The position numbers and the translations under genes were made by a program. The notes beneath the pieces were generated by a model. That model worked only from the letters and a program-made list of their open reading frames with translations, had not been told where the DNA came from and searched no databases. Below, piece after piece: positions 1-8,035 of a stretch of DNA of 16,625 nucleotides. The stretch lies in the UHGV virus genome UHGV-1607792, one strand, 5' to 3'. This DNA is from a virus. Position 1 is the stretch's first letter; each line of letters begins with the position of its first letter.

Positions 1-332
1 CCTGCAACAGTCACGCCAAGCACTGTGCCACTTGCAGTGCCGCCAGTACTGCCAAGCACAAGTTTTTGTGCATTTGTGACACATTTCAATGTTGCAATAG
101 TGCCACCATTTGACGCAATGTTTGTAGATGCAACTGTAGCTCGTATAGTTTCACCAGGAGACTCTTGCAATACTGCACAGTTTTCAGTTACTACTGGTGA
201 ACCTGTAGTTGTTTGTGCAGTAAAGCTGCCAGACCTGTTGTTTCGACCAGTATGCACAGATGCTTTGACAGACAACTGTGAGTTGCCTGTGCCAACATCA
301 GGTGTGACTGTCAACCAAGTAGGCTTTGCCAT
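1..332 (-). CDS. BACON-like/Ig-like domain protein, N-terminal 110 codons only (3' end lies beyond window start)
   Basis: Not in ORF track because it has no stop in the window. ATG at 330-332 (minus) opens a frame with no stop to position 1: MAKPTWLTVTPDVGTGNSQLSVKASVHTGRNNRSGSFTAQTTTGSPVVTENCAVLQE... The W-L-T-V ... R-x-G-x-F-T ... V-L-Q pattern matches the BACON-type signature seen in the 761-aa protein. Same strand as all other genes, 55 nt after the stop of the upstream gene. Confidence 0.6.
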   Translation of the reverse strand, partial: MAKPTWLTVTPDVGTGNSQLSVKASVHTGRNNRSGSFTAQTTTGSPVVTENCAVLQESPGETIRATVASTNIASNGGTIATLKCVTNAQKLVLGSTGGTASGTVLGVTVA

Positions 333-387
333 TTTATGTCGTTTTGTTATTTTCTGTGATATTTACACACACAATGTAACTTGCATT

Positions 388-2316
388 TTATCGAACATGC
401 CAAAGAGTGTTCGACTTCACATTGACAGAGCTCTTAAAGTTATTATGACTGCACAACCAAACATGTGACTTATCAAGTTCTGCATAGGCATCTGACTTTA
501 AGAATGCTTCAGAAGATTTGCTTGTCTGTTGCTTTGTCATTGATGCATCACCTACAAGCATCGCAGTTGAGCCTTTGTACACTTGTTGTGCATCATCTGC
601 AATCAACGTAGCTTCAAATGGCTGTTGCTGCATAAGCAATGCAAGTGTAGACCGACATGAATCTTTGTCTACTCTTATATGTGTAATTTTGCCGGCAAAA
701 CCATACAGCTGAACAATGTCTGAGTCATTTGACCAGTCATGCAAAATTGATGTAGACTTAACAACTTCTGTCAAAATTTGCATGTCATTAACTACAGTAG
801 ATGTCGACAAACTCAGTACAAGTTCAACGTCACCATTGTCAAGATTGCGTAGTCTAATGACTACACCGTTCCAGCTCTTGCAAATCTTATCATCTACGCT
901 TGCTAAGCTTTCGCCAGTTTTGACATCAAGCACATGCAACAAGCCAGATGACACTACAAGCATCAATCTGCCAAGTCGCATCAGTTGCCATGATGCTGCT
1001 TGAGCTTTTGCGTTGTCTTCAAGCATAAACAAGCAACATGCAGACCAATCTGACACATCAAGCGATTTAACATACTCAACTGCGATGTTATTGCCAACTG
1101 CGTTCATGTCATAGAACGCAGCAGACACTGGCACATATTTGAACGACAGCGGTGATTCATTTACACTGACTGCTTTATGAATGAATCTGCGATTAGTCTC
1201 ATACATGCTCAAGTCGACATGCATGTCATTAACAAACATATTGAGAGCAATGTCTTCGACTTGTTCAGTTGCAACTTTGTCTGCATCAAAAGCATCGAAT
1301 GTTTGTGTGAGCTCGTCCAAATTAAGTATCTCTTTCACATCATCAGCAACTTGCATCTTAGACTCGTCACGATATTCAGGTCGATGCTCATATGACTTCA
1401 ATGTTAGCTCATAATATGGCGTTGATAACATAATGCCATCTGGATGCTGCACAGATGCGACTTCAAGCATTCGATTTGCTATTGGCACGTAGCAATAGTC
1501 AAATTGCTGCGGCTGCTTGCCAATGCCAAATACTCGTTCATATTCTGCTTTTGGCACATGAGCTGTTATGCCTTGTTCAAAATCAATGTCAAATGCGTCA
1601 TATGTGACTTTGTTCGTGCTAAATTCATTGTCAACGACCATCAACTTCAGCCACTTAACTGCGCCAGTATGAATCAAATCATATGCACGCAATGATGCAA
1701 CACGATGTTCATCTGACACTTCATGACTAAACCAGATAACAACATGACCAAGCTGACGATTCACAGCATTTACAATGTTGTCTTGCAATGCTATAGCATC
1801 TTGCATGTGCGTGTATGGATTGTACAGATGATTGTCTGATTCAATGACAATTGATGCTTGTTTTGCTGGTGCAAAAATCTCGTCAGCATATGTGACATTG
1901 TCAACAGACTCTTCATTGACTTTGATGTCTTCAAGCACATATGAGTCATGACGAACATTTGCTGCATCTGTCCATTGCTTGCGCCATGCAATATCAACAA
2001 TCATAATGAACTTGACATGCACTGGTTCGTCCGCAGTTGCATATGCAAGTACAAACTCATTCAAATGCGTTGCAGCATCATACACAGACCCAGGCTCAGA
2101 CCACGTCTTGCCTACATCTACAGACCATTTGAACTGCACATTGAGCATTGCATGACATTGCTCAGCATTGTCGACAAGCTCAATGTTATTCAACGAGCCT
2201 TTGATATCTGCAGCAAATTCAAGATACAGCGTAGAATCTTGTCTTACGATAATGCAATCGTTATCAGCCCTTTGTGACACTGACCGCTTTGTTGATTCGT
2301 TTGATGACTTTGCCAT
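388..2316 (-). CDS. hypothetical protein, 642 aa, acidic; no recognisable motif
   Basis: Long ORF with ATG start (2314-2316) and TAA stop (388-390); same strand and composition as neighbours. Its start overlaps the end of the upstream 516-aa gene by 53 nt in another frame. Confidence 0.8.
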   Translation of the reverse strand: MAKSSNESTKRSVSQRADNDCIIVRQDSTLYLEFAADIKGSLNNIELVDNAEQCHAMLNVQFKWSVDVGKTWSEPGSVYDAATHLNEFVLAYATADEPVHVKFIMIVDIAWRKQWTDAANVRHDSYVLEDIKVNEESVDNVTYADEIFAPAKQASIVIESDNHLYNPYTHMQDAIALQDNIVNAVNRQLGHVVIWFSHEVSDEHRVASLRAYDLIHTGAVKWLKLMVVDNEFSTNKVTYDAFDIDFEQGITAHVPKAEYERVFGIGKQPQQFDYCYVPIANRMLEVASVQHPDGIMLSTPYYELTLKSYEHRPEYRDESKMQVADDVKEILNLDELTQTFDAFDADKVATEQVEDIALNMFVNDMHVDLSMYETNRRFIHKAVSVNESPLSFKYVPVSAAFYDMNAVGNNIAVEYVKSLDVSDWSACCLFMLEDNAKAQAASWQLMRLGRLMLVVSSGLLHVLDVKTGESLASVDDKICKSWNGVVIRLRNLDNGDVELVLSLSTSTVVNDMQILTEVVKSTSILHDWSNDSDIVQLYGFAGKITHIRVDKDSCRSTLALLMQQQPFEATLIADDAQQVYKGSTAMLVGDASMTKQQTSKSSEAFLKSDAYAELDKSHVWLCSHNNFKSSVNVKSNTLWHVR

Positions 2317-3814
2317 TGCGAGGATTTATGATTGCAAGTTCAATATCATAGTCGCCGATATGACGAAAATGATGTCTAAAAAGATATTTGTCAGATGTAG
2401 CTTCAATGACTCCACCAGATATTGCATTGCGATATGTGCATGTCCATTTGATGTCATGTGGAGCATAAGCATATGACAGCTCATCTGGGAAGCAGCACAC
2501 TTGACTACCAACTGTCACAGTTGCGCCATTGTCAATCTTGCAAAACCTTGTATCATTTGGTCTACGTTGCACTGCATAGTGATGCTGACATTCAAACATG
2601 TCTGATTTGATTGACAGAGTTTGCCAAGGTGATTCAATTAGATATCGAGGCTTTTGAGACTCTTCACTTACAAGTTTACAATGCAACCCAAGATTTTCAA
2701 GCTCTTCAACAAGTTGAGTGTTTGCAATGTGTAGGGTGTAGTGTTTGTCATTTGTGTGTATTTCCACATCATGCTCAGTAACATCAACGACATCTGCAAT
2801 GATTGTCGCAGGCCAATTGCCAGTCAGCTCAAAGTCATCAAATGAGAAATGCAAATCTGTTTTGACATGCAATTGTGCTCTGCTCATAGGCTCTTTGCTG
2901 TACGCATACAATGCCCATTGCATTGAATTGTCAAGCATCTGAATTTCTTGCACAGACCATGTAAACTTCACAAATTGTGAATCTGCTTGCAATTCACAGT
3001 AGTCATTGATTTGTTTGAGCAAGTCTTTAACATCTGTGTATGCAATGTTGACTTCATCTGCGTCAACTTGAACGCCATCAACATCGACAAACTCAGACAT
3101 CGACATTGCAAATGTGCCAGCACCTTCAATATCAATTTGCATGTTCAGATATGTTGAGCCGTACTGCAACAATCGCATGCAATCAGAATCAATAAGTTTG
3201 ATGTCATTCAAATGGTCAAGCCATAGAACATTTGATTGCGCCTTGTCAAGATTGTAGAGCCATTTTATGATTGAGTCGTCTTTTTTGACATTTTCTGGGT
3301 CAAACACATTTGGGTCTGGGTAACTCATGAAATCTGGCACGCCCAATGCTTTTCGTGTGCTATAGTACAATGTAGCATTGTTCATGCCTGCAATATCAAT
3401 TGACTCATCAAGCTCTTGAAGCTTTGCAGCAATTTGAGACAATGAATTGCCAGCATATGACTGCTCAAGTGAATGTAGTTTGCAGTCTGCAATAGCAATG
3501 ACGAAGTTTGCTTGCAATTCTACGATGTTCAGTGTGCGTTTGAACACTTGCACTTGACCATAGCAATCTTTAATAGTCAACACAAGTTCATATGCACCTG
3601 CAGTTGTTATGCCAAGCTTAAGATGCTGTTGAACATCAAGATACGTTCTGTCAAACACAAGCTTGCCAGATTCATCATAGATTTCATATGTAGCTTCTCT
3701 ACAATTTTGTATGAGCGCAGATAAGTCTGTGTCTTTTGATGACCATGCTGCAATTGAAATGTCTATAATTGCTACATTGTCTCTATAAAAAAGCCCTATA
3801 GGTTGTGGATTCAT
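2264..3814 (-). CDS. hypothetical protein, 516 aa; possible beta-sandwich segments at both ends (weak)
   Basis: ATG at 3812-3814, TGA at 2264-2266; begins 11 nt after the stop of the 149-aa gene. Confidence 0.8.
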   Translation of the reverse strand: MNPQPIGLFYRDNVAIIDISIAAWSSKDTDLSALIQNCREATYEIYDESGKLVFDRTYLDVQQHLKLGITTAGAYELVLTIKDCYGQVQVFKRTLNIVELQANFVIAIADCKLHSLEQSYAGNSLSQIAAKLQELDESIDIAGMNNATLYYSTRKALGVPDFMSYPDPNVFDPENVKKDDSIIKWLYNLDKAQSNVLWLDHLNDIKLIDSDCMRLLQYGSTYLNMQIDIEGAGTFAMSMSEFVDVDGVQVDADEVNIAYTDVKDLLKQINDYCELQADSQFVKFTWSVQEIQMLDNSMQWALYAYSKEPMSRAQLHVKTDLHFSFDDFELTGNWPATIIADVVDVTEHDVEIHTNDKHYTLHIANTQLVEELENLGLHCKLVSEESQKPRYLIESPWQTLSIKSDMFECQHHYAVQRRPNDTRFCKIDNGATVTVGSQVCCFPDELSYAYAPHDIKWTCTYRNAISGGVIEATSDKYLFRHHFRHIGDYDIELAIINPRNGKVIKRINKAVSVTKG

Positions 3815-3825
3815 TGTATTGCAGT

Positions 3826-4275
3826 CTATTGATGATTGTTGTTATCACACCTATTGAGCAACTGGTCATAATACGTTTGCTCTGTCTTACGCTGCTGTTC
3901 TATCAAAATGATGATTTGTTCCATCTGAATTTCAAACGCGGCGTTTTTGCGAACAAGTGCCTTATGTTGCTCAGCAGTCAATGATGCGTCAAGAATGTCC
4001 AACATATCTGCATGATATGCAGCAATAATTTTGTTGTATTGCTGCATAGCAGTTTGCAAAGACTCAAATGATTGGTCAGATAATGTTGACAAAATCTGAA
4101 CATGCATTTTGTCTGTCAAGCCAATTTTTGCTTGCAGCAAATCACGTTCTGCTGAATGCTTTCTGTCAATGTTGATGATAAACATCATCAAAATCATCAA
4201 TACAAAAGCTATGACAGTCTTATAGTTCTTGTCATCAATGAATCGCAGCAAAAATATGTCTAAAAACTTTTCCAT
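3826..4275 (-). CDS. small membrane-anchored coiled-coil protein (N-terminal TM helix, then charged helical region), 149 aa
   Basis: ATG at 4273-4275, TAG at 3826-3828. Hydrophobic stretch TVIAFVLMILMMFIINI near the N-terminus, followed by a Q/E/K/L-rich heptad-like sequence. Architecture resembles type II membrane proteins such as i-spanins; function not established. Confidence 0.7.
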   Translation of the reverse strand: MEKFLDIFLLRFIDDKNYKTVIAFVLMILMMFIINIDRKHSAERDLLQAKIGLTDKMHVQILSTLSDQSFESLQTAMQQYNKIIAAYHADMLDILDASLTAEQHKALVRKNAAFEIQMEQIIILIEQQRKTEQTYYDQLLNRCDNNNHQ

Positions 4276-4292
4276 TGCTTATTCTGCATTGT

Positions 4293-5618
4293 TCATTCTG
4301 CGATTTCCCAGATTCGTGTTCGTTTGTTTGCTATGCTTCGTACTACCGCACTGTCACCTATGCGAACATCCCATGCTCGATTTGATGTCAATGTGATGTT
4401 CTTTGTACCACCAGGCTGTTCAAATGACAAGTTTGCTTTGTCAAGTTCAAGCAGTGGAGCCAAGTCCATGCTTTGGTCAATAAGCCAATCAAAGTACTCA
4501 GCGTCAATTTGTGTCGTGTCAATGTCTGCTTCAGTTACTACAAAAATGTCATTGAGTTTATTTGGTCTAACAGTGTCACCAATTGGCTCAAATGCAGTGC
4601 TTGACAGAAGCATTGTATGTGGACGAATGTAAATGATGTCTTCATCTACAAATGCATTCATATCTTTGACGACAATTTGTGCTGCAGGAGTGTATGGCTT
4701 TGACGTCACAATTTCTGCATTGTCTGAGCCATACAAATACCGAGCCATGTAGGATGCAAAAACATCAATGCTGACATCTGCAAAATGAATGTGCTCTGGC
4801 AAAAAGACATCTTCAAGAATCATGACAAGATACTGCAGCTTCAGCAACAAATCTTGATTGTCTGCCATGTTCTTGACAAATTCAGGCATGCCACAGTTCA
4901 GATATTTGCCAGATGCTTCATTGTATTCATAAGTCAGTTGCAGCAAATTTGTGCGCTTATACATGCCTGCGTATGGCGAAATGTCATCTTGCAATGGCAA
5001 CAATGTTCTGTTGTTGCCATCAAGTGATTTGAGCACTTCATAGATGCGAACAGCTTCACTGTAGCCAAGCCAGTCTAATGCAGCATGCAACCCATTGTAT
5101 GTACCAAGCTTGCTGTCAATGTCATCTCGTCGTATAAGCCACTCTCTTGCTTTGCTATTCTGCAATATGAAGTCAACGACATCTTGTCGAATGTCATTCA
5201 GCATCAATGCTTTGTTGTAGTACTCAAGATAGTCATGACCCATATTAGACATCATGACAAGCAAACGTTCATCCGCATCAACTACTGTAGCAGTCACATT
5301 GATATGCAATGCAATGCCATCAACGACAACTTCAATTGCACAAACGTTATTGCCAACATCGACAGCATTGAATATGATATTTGCAATCATATCATCGTTG
5401 ACAAGATGTCGAGTAGTCTTATCTACAAGCAGCAATTCATTATTATCGTCAACCGCAAAGAAACTCAATGCAGACGATAGCAATCTGACTGTGCATTCAA
5501 CATTGTCTGCAAACAATGATGCAATGTTGTATGTGCCCTTTGACACATTGCCAAGCTCTATGTTAGCGCCATCATAGATGCGCTTGCCGAATCTGTCAAA
5601 AATGTTTATTGCAGCCAT
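4293..5618 (-). CDS. hypothetical protein, 441 aa
   Basis: ORF track extends to 5642 from a TTG; the first ATG is 8 codons in (MAAINIFDRF...), giving end 5618. It sits 1 nt after the TAA of the upstream small ORF (TAA-C-ATG). TGA stop at 4293-4295. Confidence 0.8.
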   Translation of the reverse strand: MAAINIFDRFGKRIYDGANIELGNVSKGTYNIASLFADNVECTVRLLSSALSFFAVDDNNELLLVDKTTRHLVNDDMIANIIFNAVDVGNNVCAIEVVVDGIALHINVTATVVDADERLLVMMSNMGHDYLEYYNKALMLNDIRQDVVDFILQNSKAREWLIRRDDIDSKLGTYNGLHAALDWLGYSEAVRIYEVLKSLDGNNRTLLPLQDDISPYAGMYKRTNLLQLTYEYNEASGKYLNCGMPEFVKNMADNQDLLLKLQYLVMILEDVFLPEHIHFADVSIDVFASYMARYLYGSDNAEIVTSKPYTPAAQIVVKDMNAFVDEDIIYIRPHTMLLSSTAFEPIGDTVRPNKLNDIFVVTEADIDTTQIDAEYFDWLIDQSMDLAPLLELDKANLSFEQPGGTKNITLTSNRAWDVRIGDSAVVRSIANKRTRIWEIAE

Positions 5619-5619
5619 G

Positions 5620-5850
5620 TTACAGTTTCTTATCAATGTCAAAGTATGACGTAAAGCGATTCACAAATTCAACAAACAAAATCGACAATGCATCACACAT
5701 GCCAATGAGAGTTGACACGCCAAAATACGCTGCAACTCTTGTGCTCTTATTGAACACTACTCTACTATATACGCCACTCTGCCATGATGGCTTTGCAGTG
5801 ACAAGCATTGATTGCTTGATTTTGTCTCTTGTTGTGAAATTTGATTGCAT
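5620..5850 (-). CDS. small hydrophobic protein, 76 aa (one predicted TM-like segment, charged C-terminus)
   Basis: ATG at 5848-5850, 9 nt after a tandem TGA-TGA at the end of the 577-aa frame; its TAA stop lies 1 nt before the next ATG. Tight coupling on both sides supports it being real. Hydrophobic core VAAYFGVSTLIGMCDALSILFVEFV. Confidence 0.55.
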   Translation of the reverse strand: MQSNFTTRDKIKQSMLVTAKPSWQSGVYSRVVFNKSTRVAAYFGVSTLIGMCDALSILFVEFVNRFTSYFDIDKKL

Positions 5851-5862
5851 ATTTGTGAATCA

Positions 5863-7473
5863 TCAACATTCTACGTACGAGCCATCAGTGTTTTCAACAA
5901 GCACTTTGATGCTCAAGCCTACATCTGTGCCAGCTTGGCTTCTGATAAGTGGCACAATGTCTTTTGATTGTGGCGCAATGTTGCCCATATTATCAATGTG
6001 CTCGTCATTGCCAATGAACTGCACATCTACTGATTTGATGACATCAAGCTCTTCAAGTTTTGCGATTGCAGCAGAACGACTAACGAATGTCGATGCATTT
6101 GACCATGAGTCTTCTACAAATGCTTTTGCAGCATCAAGCAATTGCTGCTTGACGTCTTCTATGTTTTGCAGTACTGCAGTCTTTTTGACAAGAATGAGCA
6201 TTTGATAAAATTCAAGCTGCACAGTGTCAAATTGCACATCAGTTAGCAACACATAGTCACCAGTGTTTTCGATAGCATTGTTCAGATATTGTCTATCTGT
6301 AGAGTCGATAGTGAATTCTGCTATTGGCAATGACCAGTAGTCATACACTATTGAGCCTGCTTTGACATACTTGTCTGCAATGTTGGGCACCAACACGACA
6401 TGAATTGTTTGAGTCTCTGTATTTGACCAGACATCAAGTATCTTGTACTGACCAAAGCGTGACATGAATGCTCTGATTGAATCTGCTGAGTGCAACACAA
6501 GTGCCCTGTTAATTGAGCCTGCATGTGAACGTATAGATTCGATGTCTTCACCATTGTAACCACCTACAATGTCTGTCAACTGTTCAATGACTAATACACC
6601 CTTTGGACTTACTGCAGTAGTGTTTGCATCATACATGCCATTGACCCATTCAAATGTTGCATCATTGTCAATCAAAATGTTTCCTGCATAGCCCTCACAT
6701 GCAGTGTATTCTACATTGACGACTGCATTTTGTGCAGGAATTTGACCAGCAGTACCATTGCCAAACACAATCTGTAGTTTGCCATCATATGACCAGCGTT
6801 CAATGTACCCCTTGCTGTATCGGTCCATTTCATCAAACCCTGCATAGCGAGTCCACAGCTCATTGCCAACTGTGACAGTCAATGAATCTTCAGATACAAT
6901 CAAGTTGCGTTCTTCGATAGTGAATGTTGTCATTGACTCACCATCAGAAATATATTGCTGAGACTTGCGTTCACCTTGTCTAACTGCGAATTCATATCGT
7001 ACACCAGTCAACTCATTGTTGATGTTGAGTTGCGCAAAGTCTTGATGCATATCGATGTAGTACATCAGCGAGTTCTCTTTGCATTTAATTGCTGCGTATC
7101 GTTTAATGAACACAGTTGGACCAAGCTCTTTGACTGCGTCATATGAAAAACTCAATGCAATTTTGCCCGATGCTGCAATGCCACCAACACATTTGTAACA
7201 TGCAAGCTGTGCAAGTCCTCGTACAGATGCGGTCTGTTCTGCAGTAAGCAAGTTGTTTTCTTTTGTGCCTACTACAATTTGCGTAAAGATGAGTGACGCA
7301 AGTTCTCTGAAACTCTGAACAAGAATTCCAAAAATTGTGTACTTACCATATTGTTTCTTTGTAGAGTTCAGCAAATTCTGCAGCCAAGTATCTATAGACT
7401 GTGACACACCTGAATATGACATCTGCATTTTCTGCATCCATGTCATATTGTCACGAGTGTTATTTGTGCGCAT
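5863..7473 (-). CDS. hypothetical protein, 536 aa
   Basis: ORF track starts at a TTG (7596) and translates the tandem repeats and terminator palindrome; the first ATG is 41 codons in (MRTNNTRDNMTWMQ...), at 7471-7473. A-rich leader without SD. Stop TGA at 5863-5865. Confidence 0.8.
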   Translation of the reverse strand: MRTNNTRDNMTWMQKMQMSYSGVSQSIDTWLQNLLNSTKKQYGKYTIFGILVQSFRELASLIFTQIVVGTKENNLLTAEQTASVRGLAQLACYKCVGGIAASGKIALSFSYDAVKELGPTVFIKRYAAIKCKENSLMYYIDMHQDFAQLNINNELTGVRYEFAVRQGERKSQQYISDGESMTTFTIEERNLIVSEDSLTVTVGNELWTRYAGFDEMDRYSKGYIERWSYDGKLQIVFGNGTAGQIPAQNAVVNVEYTACEGYAGNILIDNDATFEWVNGMYDANTTAVSPKGVLVIEQLTDIVGGYNGEDIESIRSHAGSINRALVLHSADSIRAFMSRFGQYKILDVWSNTETQTIHVVLVPNIADKYVKAGSIVYDYWSLPIAEFTIDSTDRQYLNNAIENTGDYVLLTDVQFDTVQLEFYQMLILVKKTAVLQNIEDVKQQLLDAAKAFVEDSWSNASTFVSRSAAIAKLEELDVIKSVDVQFIGNDEHIDNMGNIAPQSKDIVPLIRSQAGTDVGLSIKVLVENTDGSYVEC

Positions 7474-7498
7474 ATCAGTTAATTTGTTTGTATATGTA

Positions 7499-7572
7499 TT
7501 CGAATGTGCACACATGAGAATAGGTCTCTTCGAATGTGCACATATGAGAATAGTCTCTTCGAATATGCGCAC
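7499..7572. repeat. 2.5 tandem copies of a 30-bp direct repeat; each unit stacks three palindromic cores (TTCGAA, TGTGCACA, CATATG)
   Basis: Unit 1 at 7499-7528: ttcgaatgtgcacacatgagaataggtctc. Unit 2 at 7529-7557: ttcgaatgtgcacatatgagaatagtctc. Partial unit at 7558-7572: ttcgaatatgcgcac. Lies between a terminator and the ATG of the 536-aa gene. Confidence 0.8.
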
Positions 7573-7603
7573 AAAAAGAAGAGCTTGCATATGCAAGCTC
7601 TTC
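7573..7603 (-). terminator. intrinsic (Rho-independent) terminator candidate
   Basis: Perfect 26-bp palindrome gaagagcttgcat|atgcaagctcttc (7578-7603), giving an 11-bp stem and ATAT loop, followed on the minus-strand transcript by UUUUUGUG. About 43 nt downstream of the 127-aa gene stop. Confidence 0.7.
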
Positions 7604-7645
7604 CATCGCCAAAACCTATCTAATTATGGAAACACCTCTGAAAGG

Positions 7646-8029
7646 TCAAATTATGAATCGTTTTGTGATTGGCCTGAAGTCTTCTGGCAAATCATAACGT
7701 TTTGTGATTGTTACATCGCAAACAAGCAAATCGTTCATTTGTGTAGCAGATTTTGTAATGAAACAGTTGACAGACCATTCAAACAAATGCTGCGTAACGC
7801 TATAGTTTTTGAGTGCTGTAATGATATGTGATTGAATTGTTGCTGTCGAAATGCTTCTGTGATAAAGCGCAGCATCAATCTTCTCGACATCAAACATAAT
7901 GTCAATTTCATTCAAAAAGACGCGCAATGAATCAGTTGTTTGCAATTCATCATCTTCTTGAGTTTCTACAAAGTCAATGCCTTGCAGCTCTTGTGACATT
8001 TGTGATGTATCGAAACGATTATCTGACAT
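7646..8029 (-). CDS. hypothetical protein, 127 aa
   Basis: ATG at 8027-8029, 6 nt after the TAG of the 436-aa gene; TGA at 7646-7648; followed on the minus strand by a hairpin plus U-tract terminator. Confidence 0.7.
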   Translation of the reverse strand: MSDNRFDTSQMSQELQGIDFVETQEDDELQTTDSLRVFLNEIDIMFDVEKIDAALYHRSISTATIQSHIITALKNYSVTQHLFEWSVNCFITKSATQMNDLLVCDVTITKRYDLPEDFRPITKRFII

Positions 8030-8035
8030 GATATG

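Noticed and set aside
25-468. 147-aa plus-strand ORF (GTG start) and the many other 60-200 aa plus-strand ORFs in the track
   Set aside because: All lie antisense to long minus-strand genes with coherent stop/start coupling, use non-ATG starts, and have low-complexity Cys/Phe/Leu-rich translations typical of shadow ORFs. No plus-strand ORF occupies an otherwise empty region.
7499-7572. CRISPR array
   Set aside because: The repeats are directly abutting with no spacers, only 2.5 copies, and not of CRISPR repeat structure.
7499-7572. tRNA or other structured RNA gene, prompted by TTCGAAT resembling a T-loop
   Set aside because: No flanking T-stem complementarity and no acceptor or anticodon arm can be built. 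None of the intergenic regions folds into a cloverleaf.
7473-7646. Calling the 127-aa / 536-aa gene pair a baseplate gp25(W)-like / gpJ-like pair
   Set aside because: Based only on gene sizes and order. I could not find family-specific motifs, and a terminator plus repeat array separates the two genes. Left as hypothetical.
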